DNA of 64,000 nt from an uncultured Planctomycetia bacterium (GTDB lineage: Bacteria; Omnitrophota; Gorgyraeia; JAFGHF01), in the NCBI GenBank assembly GCA_964586605.1, contig CAZPGX010000002.1:11648-75647 (forward strand), written 5' to 3'. The notes under the pieces were generated by a model that saw only the letters and a program-made list of their open reading frames with translations, was not told the origin of the DNA and made no database searches. Below are positions 30,523 to 40,170 of the stretch, piece by piece. Every line of letters begins with the position of its first letter. Position 1 is the first letter of the stretch. The position numbers and the translations under genes are program-made.

Positions 30523-30966
30523 TTACTCCCGATAAAATGAAATTTCTCCATCTACTTTTTTAGAACAAACGTCTTGCTTATACACCCATTTTATATGCTC
30601 CATATCATTATTAAGCACATTTGAATAAGCTATTTTATCTGCTGACTCGCCATCTACTGTATAATACCATGCCATCTCTCCACGTTTACCCTCAACCCCG
30701 TCAATGGAAGTAACAATAACATATTGACCAACAGGATGGGTTTCTACCGTTGCAACAGTCTGTAACGCTTCAAGAACAGTTCTGTCTTTTACCCAAGGAA
30801 CTTCAACTGTTCGAGATGGACAAACATTCCAATAATCAATTTCCACAACAATACTTTTGTTGTTTTCATTAGCATATGAAGTTCGATTGCCCACCCATGA
30901 TTCTAATATAGTCACTGATGAAATACATAAAGCAACTACAACAACAAATCTGGCTATTCTATCCAT
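30523..30966 (-). CDS. Secreted DUF4430-like protein (candidate corrinoid-binding protein)
   Basis: It has a signal peptide and lies last in the btu/cob operon. The family call is from memory of DUF4430 proteins that accompany B12 uptake genes. Confidence 0.5.
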   Translation of the reverse strand: MDRIARFVVVVALCISSVTILESWVGNRTSYANENNKSIVVEIDYWNVCPSRTVEVPWVKDRTVLEALQTVATVETHPVGQYVIVTSIDGVEGKRGEMAWYYTVDGESADKIAYSNVLNNDMEHIKWVYKQDVCSKKVDGEISFYRE

Positions 30967-30980
30967 CTAACTCCTCCTTT

Positions 30981-31823
30981 TTATTTGTCAAAACCCTCTG
31001 TAAAATTCTTTTTTATACTCACCTCCTTTCTCTTCTGCTTCTCTTCCTCGGAAACCAAAAGACAATAGGGTTTGAAAGAAATTGGATTTTCCTTTACTAT
31101 AACTACTGTTTTATAAACCTCTTCAATATTTTGATAAGTAAGCACGTCTTGCGGTGAGCCTTCTTTAGATATCTCGCCTTCCTTAAGCAAAATTAATCGG
31201 TCGCAATAGCTGCTTGCCAAATTCAAATCGTGCAAGACTACAATTACTGTTAAGTTCTTCTCTTTATTTAGTCTCTTGATTAAATCTAAAACCTGGACCT
31301 GATGCGCAATGTCTAAATGTGAGGTTGGTTCATCCAGCAACAGAAGACGGGGTTCCTGAGCAAAGCCCTGGGCCAGAATTACCCTTTGCCTTTCTCCCCC
31401 CGATAATTCAGATATTTTGCGCTCACGAAAAGAAAATATGTCGGTAAAATTAAGGGCCTCTTTCAATATTTTATGGTCTTTTGGCCTTAAAGACTCGAAT
31501 CTGCCTAGGTGCGGAAAACGGCCCATTGATACAAATTCCTCTACTGAAAAGGCAAAAGGCACCTCTAAAATCTGAGGGATAACTGCTACCTCCCGCGCAA
31601 AATTGCGGGGTGAAATCTCAGAAATATTTTTGTCTCTATACAGAATTTTTCCTTCCCACGGCTTTAATGTTCCGGTTATGGTGCGAAAAAGCGTGGTCTT
31701 GCCTGCCCCGTTTGGGCCGATTATGCCTAAGAAATCTCCCTCCTTTATTGAGAAAGATACCTTTTTAATAACTTCTTTTGCCTCATACCCGCATGATAAA
31801 TCTTTAATCCTCAATATATCCAT
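30981..31823 (-). CDS. btuD: ABC transporter ATP-binding protein (BtuD/FepC family)
   Basis: Walker A (GPNGAGKTT), the LSGGERQR signature and Walker B (LLLDEP). Confidence 0.85.
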   Translation of the reverse strand: MDILRIKDLSCGYEAKEVIKKVSFSIKEGDFLGIIGPNGAGKTTLFRTITGTLKPWEGKILYRDKNISEISPRNFAREVAVIPQILEVPFAFSVEEFVSMGRFPHLGRFESLRPKDHKILKEALNFTDIFSFRERKISELSGGERQRVILAQGFAQEPRLLLLDEPTSHLDIAHQVQVLDLIKRLNKEKNLTVIVVLHDLNLASSYCDRLILLKEGEISKEGSPQDVLTYQNIEEVYKTVVIVKENPISFKPYCLLVSEEEKQKRKEVSIKKNFTEGFDK

Positions 31824-31825
31824 CT

Positions 31826-32818
31826 TTAAAACATTTCCCAGCGTTTAGATTTTAGCAGGAAACTTAAGAAAAATATTCCGCCGAATATTCCTGTTATTAC
31901 TCCTACCGGCAATTCTAGAGGCCGGATAATAGAACGAGCTAACGCATCGCAAAGAATGAGAAACGTTGCTCCAGCAATACAGGAAGCGGGTAAAAGTAAC
32001 CGATGGTTAACCCCAACAACCTTTCGCATAAAATGGGGGATTATTAATCCTACAAATCCGATTATCCCAGAGGCTGCTACGCAGGCACCGGTAATGCAAG
32101 ATGCTACAATGAAAAGAATCTTTTTAACCTGTTTTGAATTAACGCCTAAGTGCAGCGCCTTTTCCTCACCTAAGGTAAGAATATTCAGATCGCGGGAAAA
32201 GATTAAAAGCAGCCCTATGCCGGGAACAATAAAGAAGGGTATGATTTTTATTAAATAATCCTGGGCAGAGGAAAGGTCTCCCATCAGCCACAAAATCGCC
32301 CCGTGGACATCCTCCGCTTTGGAAACAGCAAATACCAGAAGCACCAAAGAGGAAAATAAAAAGCTTAAAATCACACCGCCCAAAATTAGGGTAGTATTGG
32401 AAAACTGTTTTCTAGAAGCAACAGTATATACTAAAAATACACTTAAGGCACTGCCGGCAAAGGCAGAAAGAGGCAATAAAATTCCGGAGGCACCGGAAAT
32501 AATTGCCAATGTTGCCCCCAGGGCCGCTCCCCCGGAGATACCCAGGGTGTAGGGTTCGGCTAAAGGATTACGCAAGATACCCTGAAATACTGCCCCGCAA
32601 GAGGCCAAGCCTGCGCCCACAAGTAAGGCTAACACAACCCTGGGAAAACGGATTTGCCAGATGATATCTCTTTCTACCCCCCAGGAGGCTGGATGAAAAA
32701 GGCAATATATAGCCTTTGTAACTTCGAGCTTGCTTCCTCCAACTAGATTTGAGGCAACAAAACTAAGACCAAGTATTGCGATCAGGGAAATAAATATTAA
32801 AGCGTGTCTTTTACTCAA
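31826..32818 (-). CDS. btuC: ABC transporter permease (BtuC/FecCD family)
   Basis: 330-aa polytopic membrane protein of the FecCD family. Confidence 0.85.
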   Translation of the reverse strand: MSKRHALIFISLIAILGLSFVASNLVGGSKLEVTKAIYCLFHPASWGVERDIIWQIRFPRVVLALLVGAGLASCGAVFQGILRNPLAEPYTLGISGGAALGATLAIISGASGILLPLSAFAGSALSVFLVYTVASRKQFSNTTLILGGVILSFLFSSLVLLVFAVSKAEDVHGAILWLMGDLSSAQDYLIKIIPFFIVPGIGLLLIFSRDLNILTLGEEKALHLGVNSKQVKKILFIVASCITGACVAASGIIGFVGLIIPHFMRKVVGVNHRLLLPASCIAGATFLILCDALARSIIRPLELPVGVITGIFGGIFFLSFLLKSKRWEMF

Positions 32819-32820
32819 AG

Positions 32821-33675
32821 CTATTCCACCTCTTCAAAGGCTTCCGGATGCAGAAGCCTTGCCACTTCTTTTAATCCTGCTAAGAAACTTATGGGTGTAG
32901 GCCGGCAGACTTTATCGGCATCAACAACATAAATCCTATTATTTTTTGTTGCCTCTAAGTCCTTAAATTTTTGCCAATATGTTCTTTCCTTCCCTGTTAC
33001 ATCGCCCATAGTAACTAAAATGATTACTTGCGGATTCTTGCTGAGGACTTCCTCGCGGCTTACCCGTGGATACCTAATAGAGGTATCGGCAAAAATATTA
33101 ATGCCACCGGAATATTCGATAAACTCATTAGCAAAAGATTTACCTCCTGCGCTGACTAAGGGCCTTGCTCCCACTTCCCAAAAGACTTTTACGGAAGGCG
33201 CACCTTTTGTCCTTTTAGCTATAGAATTTACTTCTTTCTCTGTTGCCCTTACAATATCTCTGGCTTTTTCCTCTCTCTGTGTTAACTTCCCTAGTCGAAT
33301 GAAATTCTTTGCAACCTCATCAAAGCTGTTGCACTCATCAAGGGCTATTACCTTAAGGCCTAAGTCTCGTAATTTCTCTATTGTTTGCGAACGATTTATT
33401 CCGTTGGCGGCTAACACCAAATCGGGAGAAAGAGAATAAATCTTCTCGATATTGGGATTAATTAAAGTCCCTATTGTCTCTTTTGTCTTGGTCTCCGGGG
33501 GATAATTACAATAGGAAGTTAGGCCTATTAAATCTTCTTCTGCGCCTAATTGATACAGGCTTTCTGTAATTGATGGGGCCAAAGAAATTATCCTTTTAGA
33601 CTGGTCTGCCATTGCAGATGATAGAACTAACAAAACTATAAAGACTATAAGGCAATATTTAATCAGTAATTTCAT
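32821..33675 (-). CDS. btuF: Periplasmic substrate-binding protein (BtuF/FecB class III)
   Basis: Signal peptide and a class III SBP; 284 aa. Confidence 0.75.
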   Translation of the reverse strand: MKLLIKYCLIVFIVLLVLSSAMADQSKRIISLAPSITESLYQLGAEEDLIGLTSYCNYPPETKTKETIGTLINPNIEKIYSLSPDLVLAANGINRSQTIEKLRDLGLKVIALDECNSFDEVAKNFIRLGKLTQREEKARDIVRATEKEVNSIAKRTKGAPSVKVFWEVGARPLVSAGGKSFANEFIEYSGGINIFADTSIRYPRVSREEVLSKNPQVIILVTMGDVTGKERTYWQKFKDLEATKNNRIYVVDADKVCRPTPISFLAGLKEVARLLHPEAFEEVE

Positions 33676-34324
33676 AATCTAAGATATCTAAGAACCAATG
33701 CTTGTCCCTTTGGATTTTTTTTGTCTTTAAAAGCGCTATTTTTCTTTTAAAGATAGGGCCAGAGTTGACAAAGGTGTGATACTCGCCAGATTCTCCGCAT
33801 AGGTCAACCTTACCCAAATCTTTTAGGTCTCTTATGAATTCTTCATCTATTTTGCGGCCTATCCACTTTGAACCCAAAACATCTGCCCTGGTCGCTACAA
33901 CAACTGCCTCAAAGCCTAAACTAATAAATTCTCTGAGAATCTCTTCCCTTTTTCCCTGCCATAAGGGGAAAATGGGCTTAATGCCGCAGTCTTTACAAAC
34001 CCTTTCTACCCAATCCCGGTGTTCTTGAAGATCAATATCTCCAAATACTCCTGCGGCAATATTCTCTTTTTTAAAATCACAAATGGCTTTTTTGAATTCC
34101 TCTTCATAAGTCTTCCACGTAGTTCTCCTCTGAACGATTGGAATTCCTGTGGATTCTGCCTGCAGTCTCATAAACTCTACGCCAATACCGTGAGAACGAG
34201 AATGTTTGCCATCTTCTGAAACCATATTTAAAAGATGCGTAATTTCAACATCCTGATTTTGCACTGCCTTATAAAGGGAAAGGGCCGTTTCTTTACCACC
34301 ACTCCAGGAAACAAATGCCTTCAT
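33659..34324 (-). CDS. PP-loop ATP pyrophosphatase, Dph6/MJ0570-like (ATP_bind_4 family), function unknown
   Basis: MKAFVSWSGGKET PP-loop; 221 aa. It is embedded in the cob/btu operon. Confidence 0.6.
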   Translation of the reverse strand: MKAFVSWSGGKETALSLYKAVQNQDVEITHLLNMVSEDGKHSRSHGIGVEFMRLQAESTGIPIVQRRTTWKTYEEEFKKAICDFKKENIAAGVFGDIDLQEHRDWVERVCKDCGIKPIFPLWQGKREEILREFISLGFEAVVVATRADVLGSKWIGRKIDEEFIRDLKDLGKVDLCGESGEYHTFVNSGPIFKRKIALLKTKKIQRDKHWFLDILDYEITD

Positions 34325-35245
34325 TTACAACCTCCAATTAAGAACATGCCCGCAGACCTTGCAGTGAAAGGCGCTAACATCCATACCCGCGCCGCAACCC
34401 GGACATGCCTTTTCAGTCTCCTTTGGCGCCGGAATTTCACCTACTTCCTTGCGATAAATCTCATAATAATAAAGATGTTCTTTATTTAAGAACTTCACGG
34501 GATATGCCTTTTGCTTTCTCTCGAATTCACTATCAGATATTCTTGAGCTAATAATATTCCTTAATCGTGTCATTCCAGAACCGATTTCAAGAGGCCTCTT
34601 ACTTTGCCAGACGAGCTGATGAGGCAATTTATCCTCAAAGGCCTTGCGTAAAATCCATTTACCCCAGATGGTTCCGTTATCCCTGTGTATTTTAAAATTA
34701 ATTGGTATTCCTAAAGCAAAATCTACCACTTTCTTGTCCATGTAAGGTTGTCTTATTTTAAGACCCTTCGATTCTGCCAGGACATTTGAACTAAAAGACA
34801 TATTACGCGATACTCTCTCTGTATAGCCTGCTAAATCCTTTATATCTTCCATAAACGAATAACCTGCAAAAATTTCATCGCTTCCGTCGCCGGTCATCAC
34901 CTCGTCTATTCCCAACTCTTTTGCAAACTTTAGTCCAAAATAGACAACTAAATCATTGGGAATGGCCGGATCGAAAGTTTTTAGTATCTTTATTACTTCT
35001 GGAATAGCTTCTATGGCTTCATCAGTGTCTATGCTTTTTTGATAATGCTCAATATTAAGAAATCTTGCCGCAGAAGCAGCATATTTGATATCTTCTCCAC
35101 CCGATTCCAAGCTTACCGTAATCGCTTTAATATTAGGGCTGAGCTTCGCCAATATAGCTGAATCTAAGCCTCCGGAAAAAAGAAGGCCGGTAGTCCTATT
35201 TTTTTGGACGGATTCGGTTAATTTTCTTTTTAATTCAAGAATCAT
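34325..35245 (-). CDS. Asparagine-synthetase-like PP-loop amidoligase domain protein with a C-terminal Zn ribbon (no glutaminase domain)
   Basis: LLFSGGLDSA PP-loop, an AsnB-like DEVMTGDGSDEIFAGY and a CPGCG...CKVCG zinc ribbon; 306 aa. Confidence 0.6.
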   Translation of the reverse strand: MILELKRKLTESVQKNRTTGLLFSGGLDSAILAKLSPNIKAITVSLESGGEDIKYAASAARFLNIEHYQKSIDTDEAIEAIPEVIKILKTFDPAIPNDLVVYFGLKFAKELGIDEVMTGDGSDEIFAGYSFMEDIKDLAGYTERVSRNMSFSSNVLAESKGLKIRQPYMDKKVVDFALGIPINFKIHRDNGTIWGKWILRKAFEDKLPHQLVWQSKRPLEIGSGMTRLRNIISSRISDSEFERKQKAYPVKFLNKEHLYYYEIYRKEVGEIPAPKETEKACPGCGAGMDVSAFHCKVCGHVLNWRL

Positions 35246-36294
35246 AGGACCTCTTTTAGAGCGGCAAGGAGTTGCAAATTTTCTTTGTGAGAACGCACAG
35301 CCACGCGGATATATTTATCATTTAAATTCCTGAAATTGGCGCAATCCCTGATCAGAATTCCTTTTTCCAGAAGCAACCTCTGTAATGACTTTGAACTCAA
35401 ACCAGGTCTTTCTATTTTTAGCAAAAGGAAATTTGCTACTGAGGGATAGGGCTTTAACCCCACGATTGCGGCTAATTGTTTACTAAGATATTTTCTTTCT
35501 TTCCCTATAAGCTTGCGGGTCTTTTTGATGTAAACTTTGTCGTTTAAAATCAGCCCTGCCGCTAATTGGGCTAAAGAATTTGTGCCCCAGGGCGCTTGGT
35601 ATTGCCTTAACTTGTCAATAATCTTTTTGTGCGCAATGAGGTAGCCTACTCTCAAGCCCGGTAGGGCAAAAAACTTTGTAAGCGTGCGCAGGACAATGAG
35701 CTTTTTGGATTTTACTGCCTTCCAAATTAAAGTATAATTTTTTTGCTCCGGCAAGAAATCCATAAAGGCCTCATCGACAACAACTAATTTATTGGATAGC
35801 GCCTCGATCCTCTTGCCATCTTCTGCAATAAGATTTCCTGTGGGATTGTTGGGGTTGCAAAGGAAAAGAATGTCTGTCTTGCCGATAGAAGACAAATCAA
35901 GCTTAAAGCCTTCTTTTTCTTTAAGTTTTAAAAATTCTATTCTGCTTTTTATGCCTCTTGCCGCACGCTCATATTCTGAGAATGTGGGCACGGGCACAAA
36001 AGCAGTCTTTGGCCTAAGAAAAGATATGATAAGATAGATGAGCTCGACAGAGCCGTTACCAAGAAGGACATTTTCCTCATCTATTCCCCAACATTTAGCG
36101 ATTTTTTTGGTTATATCAGTTGCTTTGTAATCAGGATAATGCAGGATTCTATCAAAATTTTTATAAATAGCCTCTTTTAGCCCTGCAGGCAAACCTAAAG
36201 GATTAATATTTGCGCTGAAATCGATTATTTTCTTTCTATCTTTGCCCTTAAGCTCGTAAATATTTCCGCCGTGTAAGAAATCTAGATCAGCCAT
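35242..36294 (-). CDS. cobD: L-threonine-O-3-phosphate decarboxylase (class I/II aminotransferase fold)
   Basis: HisC/CobD-like sequence with a PLP-lysine region; 350 aa. It is in the cob operon. Confidence 0.75.
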   Translation of the reverse strand: MADLDFLHGGNIYELKGKDRKKIIDFSANINPLGLPAGLKEAIYKNFDRILHYPDYKATDITKKIAKCWGIDEENVLLGNGSVELIYLIISFLRPKTAFVPVPTFSEYERAARGIKSRIEFLKLKEKEGFKLDLSSIGKTDILFLCNPNNPTGNLIAEDGKRIEALSNKLVVVDEAFMDFLPEQKNYTLIWKAVKSKKLIVLRTLTKFFALPGLRVGYLIAHKKIIDKLRQYQAPWGTNSLAQLAAGLILNDKVYIKKTRKLIGKERKYLSKQLAAIVGLKPYPSVANFLLLKIERPGLSSKSLQRLLLEKGILIRDCANFRNLNDKYIRVAVRSHKENLQLLAALKEVL

Positions 36295-37211
36295 TTTAAA
36301 ATAATCCCCATAGAGACCATTAAAACAGAGGCAAGCAAACTTATGGTTAATGCCTCATTTATAAAAGAAGGATGCAGAACTCTTTTTTCTTCTCCAAGAT
36401 AAGGATTTGTGTAAAATTTACCTTGATAAGACCTGTTGCCCCCCAGCCTTATTCCTAAGGCCCCGGCCATAGCTGCAATTGATACCCCGCTATTTGGGGA
36501 AGGGTGTTTCCTGCCATCTCTAAGCATCGTTTTAAAAGAATCTTTGAATCTTTTTAGCGAAGCAGCCGATATTAAAAATCCGCAAATCCGCGCAGGAATA
36601 AAATTAACAATGTCATCTACCTTGGCAGAGAACCAGCCCAGATGAAGATACTTTTCATTCCTATACCCCACCATCGAATCAAGGGTGTTTATGGCCTTGT
36701 AAGCAAAAACCAACACCGGCCCTCCTAAAATGAGGTAAAAAAGAGGTGCTATAATACCATCATTAGTACTCTCGGCAATGCTCTCTATTGTAGCCGCCGT
36801 TATCCTATCTTTGTTTAAATCCCGGGTATCCCTGCCTACAATTTTAGAAAGTTCTTCCCGGGCAGAAGCAATGGAGTTATCTTTAAGCGCCTGCGAAATT
36901 GCCCTTGCTTTAACCCGTAAATCCTTTACAGAAAGTGTAGTGTAACCTAAATAAATCCAAGCTAAGTTTCCAAAATAGGGGTTCAACTTTCTAAAAAATT
37001 CAATAAATAGATAGGCAAAGCAGGCGCTTATCCCTACTATAACAAAAGCTAATACTATTCCCTTCGTTCGTTCTATCCAGAGAGCGCTCCTGCCGCCCAA
37101 TCGCTTCTCCAGCAGGCCTATTAATTTGCCAATGCCCCTTACCGGATGGGGAAACCATTCAGGATCTCCCAAGATCAAATCAGCAATATAAGAAGAGATT
37201 ATTAAGAACAT
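36282..37211 (-). CDS. cbiB: Adenosylcobinamide-phosphate synthase
   Basis: The N-terminus (LILGDPEWFPHPVRGIGKLI) is typical of CbiB; membrane protein. Confidence 0.85.
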   Translation of the reverse strand: MFLIISSYIADLILGDPEWFPHPVRGIGKLIGLLEKRLGGRSALWIERTKGIVLAFVIVGISACFAYLFIEFFRKLNPYFGNLAWIYLGYTTLSVKDLRVKARAISQALKDNSIASAREELSKIVGRDTRDLNKDRITAATIESIAESTNDGIIAPLFYLILGGPVLVFAYKAINTLDSMVGYRNEKYLHLGWFSAKVDDIVNFIPARICGFLISAASLKRFKDSFKTMLRDGRKHPSPNSGVSIAAMAGALGIRLGGNRSYQGKFYTNPYLGEEKRVLHPSFINEALTISLLASVLMVSMGIILKWLI

Positions 37212-37217
37212 ATTATC

Positions 37218-37949
37218 TTAAAAATAGATTAATACAAAAAATAGTACGGCTAGCTCTGCAATCTCACTTGTGGCGCCAATTGTATCTCCGGTCATCCCGC
37301 CAATTTTTCTCTTTGCGTAATTGATAAATAAAAATATCGGAAGTAAAGAAAGACTTAATAAGACAATCCCCTTTAATTTCATCAACAATAGAAATAAGGC
37401 TACGGTAAAGAGGCCCGCGCGAAGAAACTCTCTTTTAGTGCTATATTCTATGAAATATTTGGCCTTGCCTTCTTTACGTGCGTACTTAGACATATAACAG
37501 GCTAAACTTTGAGACCACCTTGAAAATACTGTCATCGCGATCAGGGCTTTCCAAAGGATATTTTGCGGAATATTTAGCATTAAACTAAATTTTAGAAGCA
37601 ACAGGCTTACTAGACCAATTACCCCCATTACGCCAATCCGGCTATCCCGCATTATCTTTAATATCTGTTCCTTGGACCTCCTGCCATAGAATCCATCGCA
37701 GGTATCGGCGAAGCCATCCAAATGTATTCCGCCTGTTACAACAATCGATCCGATTAGAACCAAGATAACCGTAACTAAATGCGGCAAGAAATTAAAGACA
37801 AACAGAATCAAAACTAACAAAACCCCTATGAATGCGCCGACTATGGGAAAATAAGCAAGCGAGCCGCCGAAGTCTTTTGCTTTTATCTCTGATCTAATTT
37901 TAATCGGCAGGGTAGTCAAGAATTGCAGGGCAATTAAAAACTTTTTCAT
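37218..37949 (-). CDS. cobS: Adenosylcobinamide-GDP ribazoletransferase (cobalamin synthase)
   Basis: 243-aa polytopic membrane protein of the CobS family (FLTTLPI...DGFADTCDG). Confidence 0.85.
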   Translation of the reverse strand: MKKFLIALQFLTTLPIKIRSEIKAKDFGGSLAYFPIVGAFIGVLLVLILFVFNFLPHLVTVILVLIGSIVVTGGIHLDGFADTCDGFYGRRSKEQILKIMRDSRIGVMGVIGLVSLLLLKFSLMLNIPQNILWKALIAMTVFSRWSQSLACYMSKYARKEGKAKYFIEYSTKREFLRAGLFTVALFLLLMKLKGIVLLSLSLLPIFLFINYAKRKIGGMTGDTIGATSEIAELAVLFFVLIYF

Positions 37950-39031
37950 GGTTCGACAGGCTCACCACTGTGTTTATCGGTTCTTTCAGATACGCCTGCG
38001 CTTTGGAATGTCGCCATTTGAGTCAAAATTTTAATGCCGGCTTCTATTATATTCATTGCCAAGGCGCTACCGGTGCCCTCTCCCAACCTTAGATCTAAAT
38101 TCAGGATTGGCGCAAGGCCCATATGCTCCAGAACAATCTTATGGCCTTTTTCAACGGAACAGTGCGCAGCAATCAGATAATCTTTAATCTTTGGTTCCAA
38201 TTGATAGGCTATCAATGCAGCTGCTCCTGAGATAAAACCATCGATCACTATCGGCACTCTTCTGGAAGCGCTGGCTAAAATTACACCGGCCAGGCCCCCT
38301 ATCTCAAAGCCGCCTACCTTAGAAAGCACATCGATTGCATCCTGCGGGTTGGGCCTATTTAACTCAAGGGCCTTTTTAATCACAGCAATCTTATTTGAAA
38401 GGGCCTGATCATTAATACCTGTTCCTCTGCCCACCAATTCCTCTGCCGGTTTACCCGTAATGCAGGCAGCAATTGCGGAGGAGGGTGTGGTATTGCCAAT
38501 GCCCATATCTCCTGTCCCAACTATGTCTATGCCATTTAAGAATTCTTCTTCAAACACCTCTATGCCGTTTTCTATAGATTTTACAGCCTCTTCTCTGGTC
38601 ATAGCCGGGCCTTCTGCCATATTCTTAGTTCCGTAATTTACCTTTTTAATTATTAGCCCTGGATGGGAATTTAAATCTGAGGCCACACCCATATCAACCA
38701 CAACAACTTTAGCCCCCACATGCCTGGCGAGCACGTTTATGCCGGCGCCGCCTCCGGTAAAGTTGTAAACCATCTGCGGCGTTACCTCCTGAGGAAAGAC
38801 GCTTACTCCTTCTTTGACAACACCGTGGTCGCCGGCCAGAGTAAATATAACCTTAAATTTAGTTGGAGGGTTAACATTGCCTGTAATCTCTACTACCTGT
38901 TTAGCCAATTCTTCTAAGCGCCCGAGGCTTCCTTGCGGTTTGGTAAGGTTATCAAGGCGCTTTTGTGTCTTTTGGGCCAGGCTATGGTCTATCTCCTTGA
39001 TTTTATTTATTGTCTCTTGTAATTTTTGCAT
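37946..39031 (-). CDS. cobT: Nicotinate-nucleotide--dimethylbenzimidazole phosphoribosyltransferase
   Basis: CobT family (the C-terminal LGEGTGSALAM); 361 aa. Confidence 0.9.
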   Translation of the reverse strand: MQKLQETINKIKEIDHSLAQKTQKRLDNLTKPQGSLGRLEELAKQVVEITGNVNPPTKFKVIFTLAGDHGVVKEGVSVFPQEVTPQMVYNFTGGGAGINVLARHVGAKVVVVDMGVASDLNSHPGLIIKKVNYGTKNMAEGPAMTREEAVKSIENGIEVFEEEFLNGIDIVGTGDMGIGNTTPSSAIAACITGKPAEELVGRGTGINDQALSNKIAVIKKALELNRPNPQDAIDVLSKVGGFEIGGLAGVILASASRRVPIVIDGFISGAAALIAYQLEPKIKDYLIAAHCSVEKGHKIVLEHMGLAPILNLDLRLGEGTGSALAMNIIEAGIKILTQMATFQSAGVSERTDKHSGEPVEP

Positions 39032-39032
39032 C

Positions 39033-39587
39033 TTAATTTCCTTTTATGTTTACAGGGATCCCTGCCTGCATAAGAATTACCTGATCAGCCTTTTTTGCGA
39101 GCATCTGATTTGCCAACCCCAGTAAATCACGAAATCGCCTGGCCAAAGCATTCTCAGGAACTATACCAGCTCCTACCTCATTTGATACTAAGATTACAAC
39201 GCAATTGGCTTTTAGTATAACCTCGATGAGATTCTTTATCTTCTTCTCTATTTGCCCATCTTTCAAGTTACTCATTAAAAGATTAGAAACTAATAGACCC
39301 AAACAATCGATCAAAACCACTTTATATTTGTCGGGCAGTTTAGACAAAGCCAAACCAACATCTCTGCCTTCTTCAACTAGTTTCCAGGTCCTGGGCCTTG
39401 AGGCCTTGTGTAATTTTATTCTTTTCTTCATCTCCCTATCTAATGAAGCGGCTGTAGCAATAAAGGCCACTGGTTTTTTCCCGCCAGAGGCGGGTCCGCC
39501 TTCGGCGGAGAACTCTTTTGCCAATTGCACCGCATGACTACTCTTTCCGCTTCTGGCACCGCCCAAGATAAGAATAAATTGCTTCAT
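39033..39587 (-). CDS. cobU: Adenosylcobinamide kinase / adenosylcobinamide-phosphate guanylyltransferase
   Basis: P-loop ILILGGARSGKSS; 184 aa. Confidence 0.85.
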   Translation of the reverse strand: MKQFILILGGARSGKSSHAVQLAKEFSAEGGPASGGKKPVAFIATAASLDREMKKRIKLHKASRPRTWKLVEEGRDVGLALSKLPDKYKVVLIDCLGLLVSNLLMSNLKDGQIEKKIKNLIEVILKANCVVILVSNEVGAGIVPENALARRFRDLLGLANQMLAKKADQVILMQAGIPVNIKGN

Positions 39588-40150
39588 GCTGCGACTCCTT
39601 CAGGGTAATCTATAATTCTTAAAGTGCCGATTTCCTGCTCTACCTTCCAGAAACTTTCTAAGCCAAACTTTAATGCCTGGCAGAGGATAATTTTTATCGG
39701 TCCGCCATGGCTGACCAAGGCTATTGTCTTACCCACATCTTGGCAAAGAATAAGAAATAATCTCTTCTTAACTCTTCTCTCTAACTCTACTAGCCCCTCG
39801 CCGCTTGGAACTTTGACTCTCAGCGGATTATCTATCCAGTTTCTATAGAGTTTGGCGTGAGTTTTGATAATCTCTTCGTGCTTCAGCCCCTCAAAAAGGC
39901 CGAAATTCATTTCGCGCAAGTCTTTTGCTTTCTCAATTGAATTATTTCTAAAGATTATCTTTGCCGTTTCGTATGCCCTGTCTAAATCGCTTGAATAGAC
40001 TCTATCTACATTTAGGCCTTTCAATCTAACAGCTAACTTTTTCGCCTGCCATATGCCTTTACTGTTTAACGGCGGATTGCCAAATCCGCAATATCTCTTT
40101 TCCAGGTTGTAATCTGTTTCGCCGTGACGGATTAAAATCAGTCTTGTCAT
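39584..40150 (-). CDS. cobC: Alpha-ribazole phosphatase (histidine phosphatase family)
   Basis: The RHGETDYN catalytic motif is present. The start was moved to the internal ATG (MTRLILIRHGE), because the longer ORF runs through the riboswitch terminator hairpin. Confidence 0.8.
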   Translation of the reverse strand: MTRLILIRHGETDYNLEKRYCGFGNPPLNSKGIWQAKKLAVRLKGLNVDRVYSSDLDRAYETAKIIFRNNSIEKAKDLREMNFGLFEGLKHEEIIKTHAKLYRNWIDNPLRVKVPSGEGLVELERRVKKRLFLILCQDVGKTIALVSHGGPIKIILCQALKFGLESFWKVEQEIGTLRIIDYPEGVAA

Positions 40151-40170
40151 AAAACTATCCCTAACAAAAA

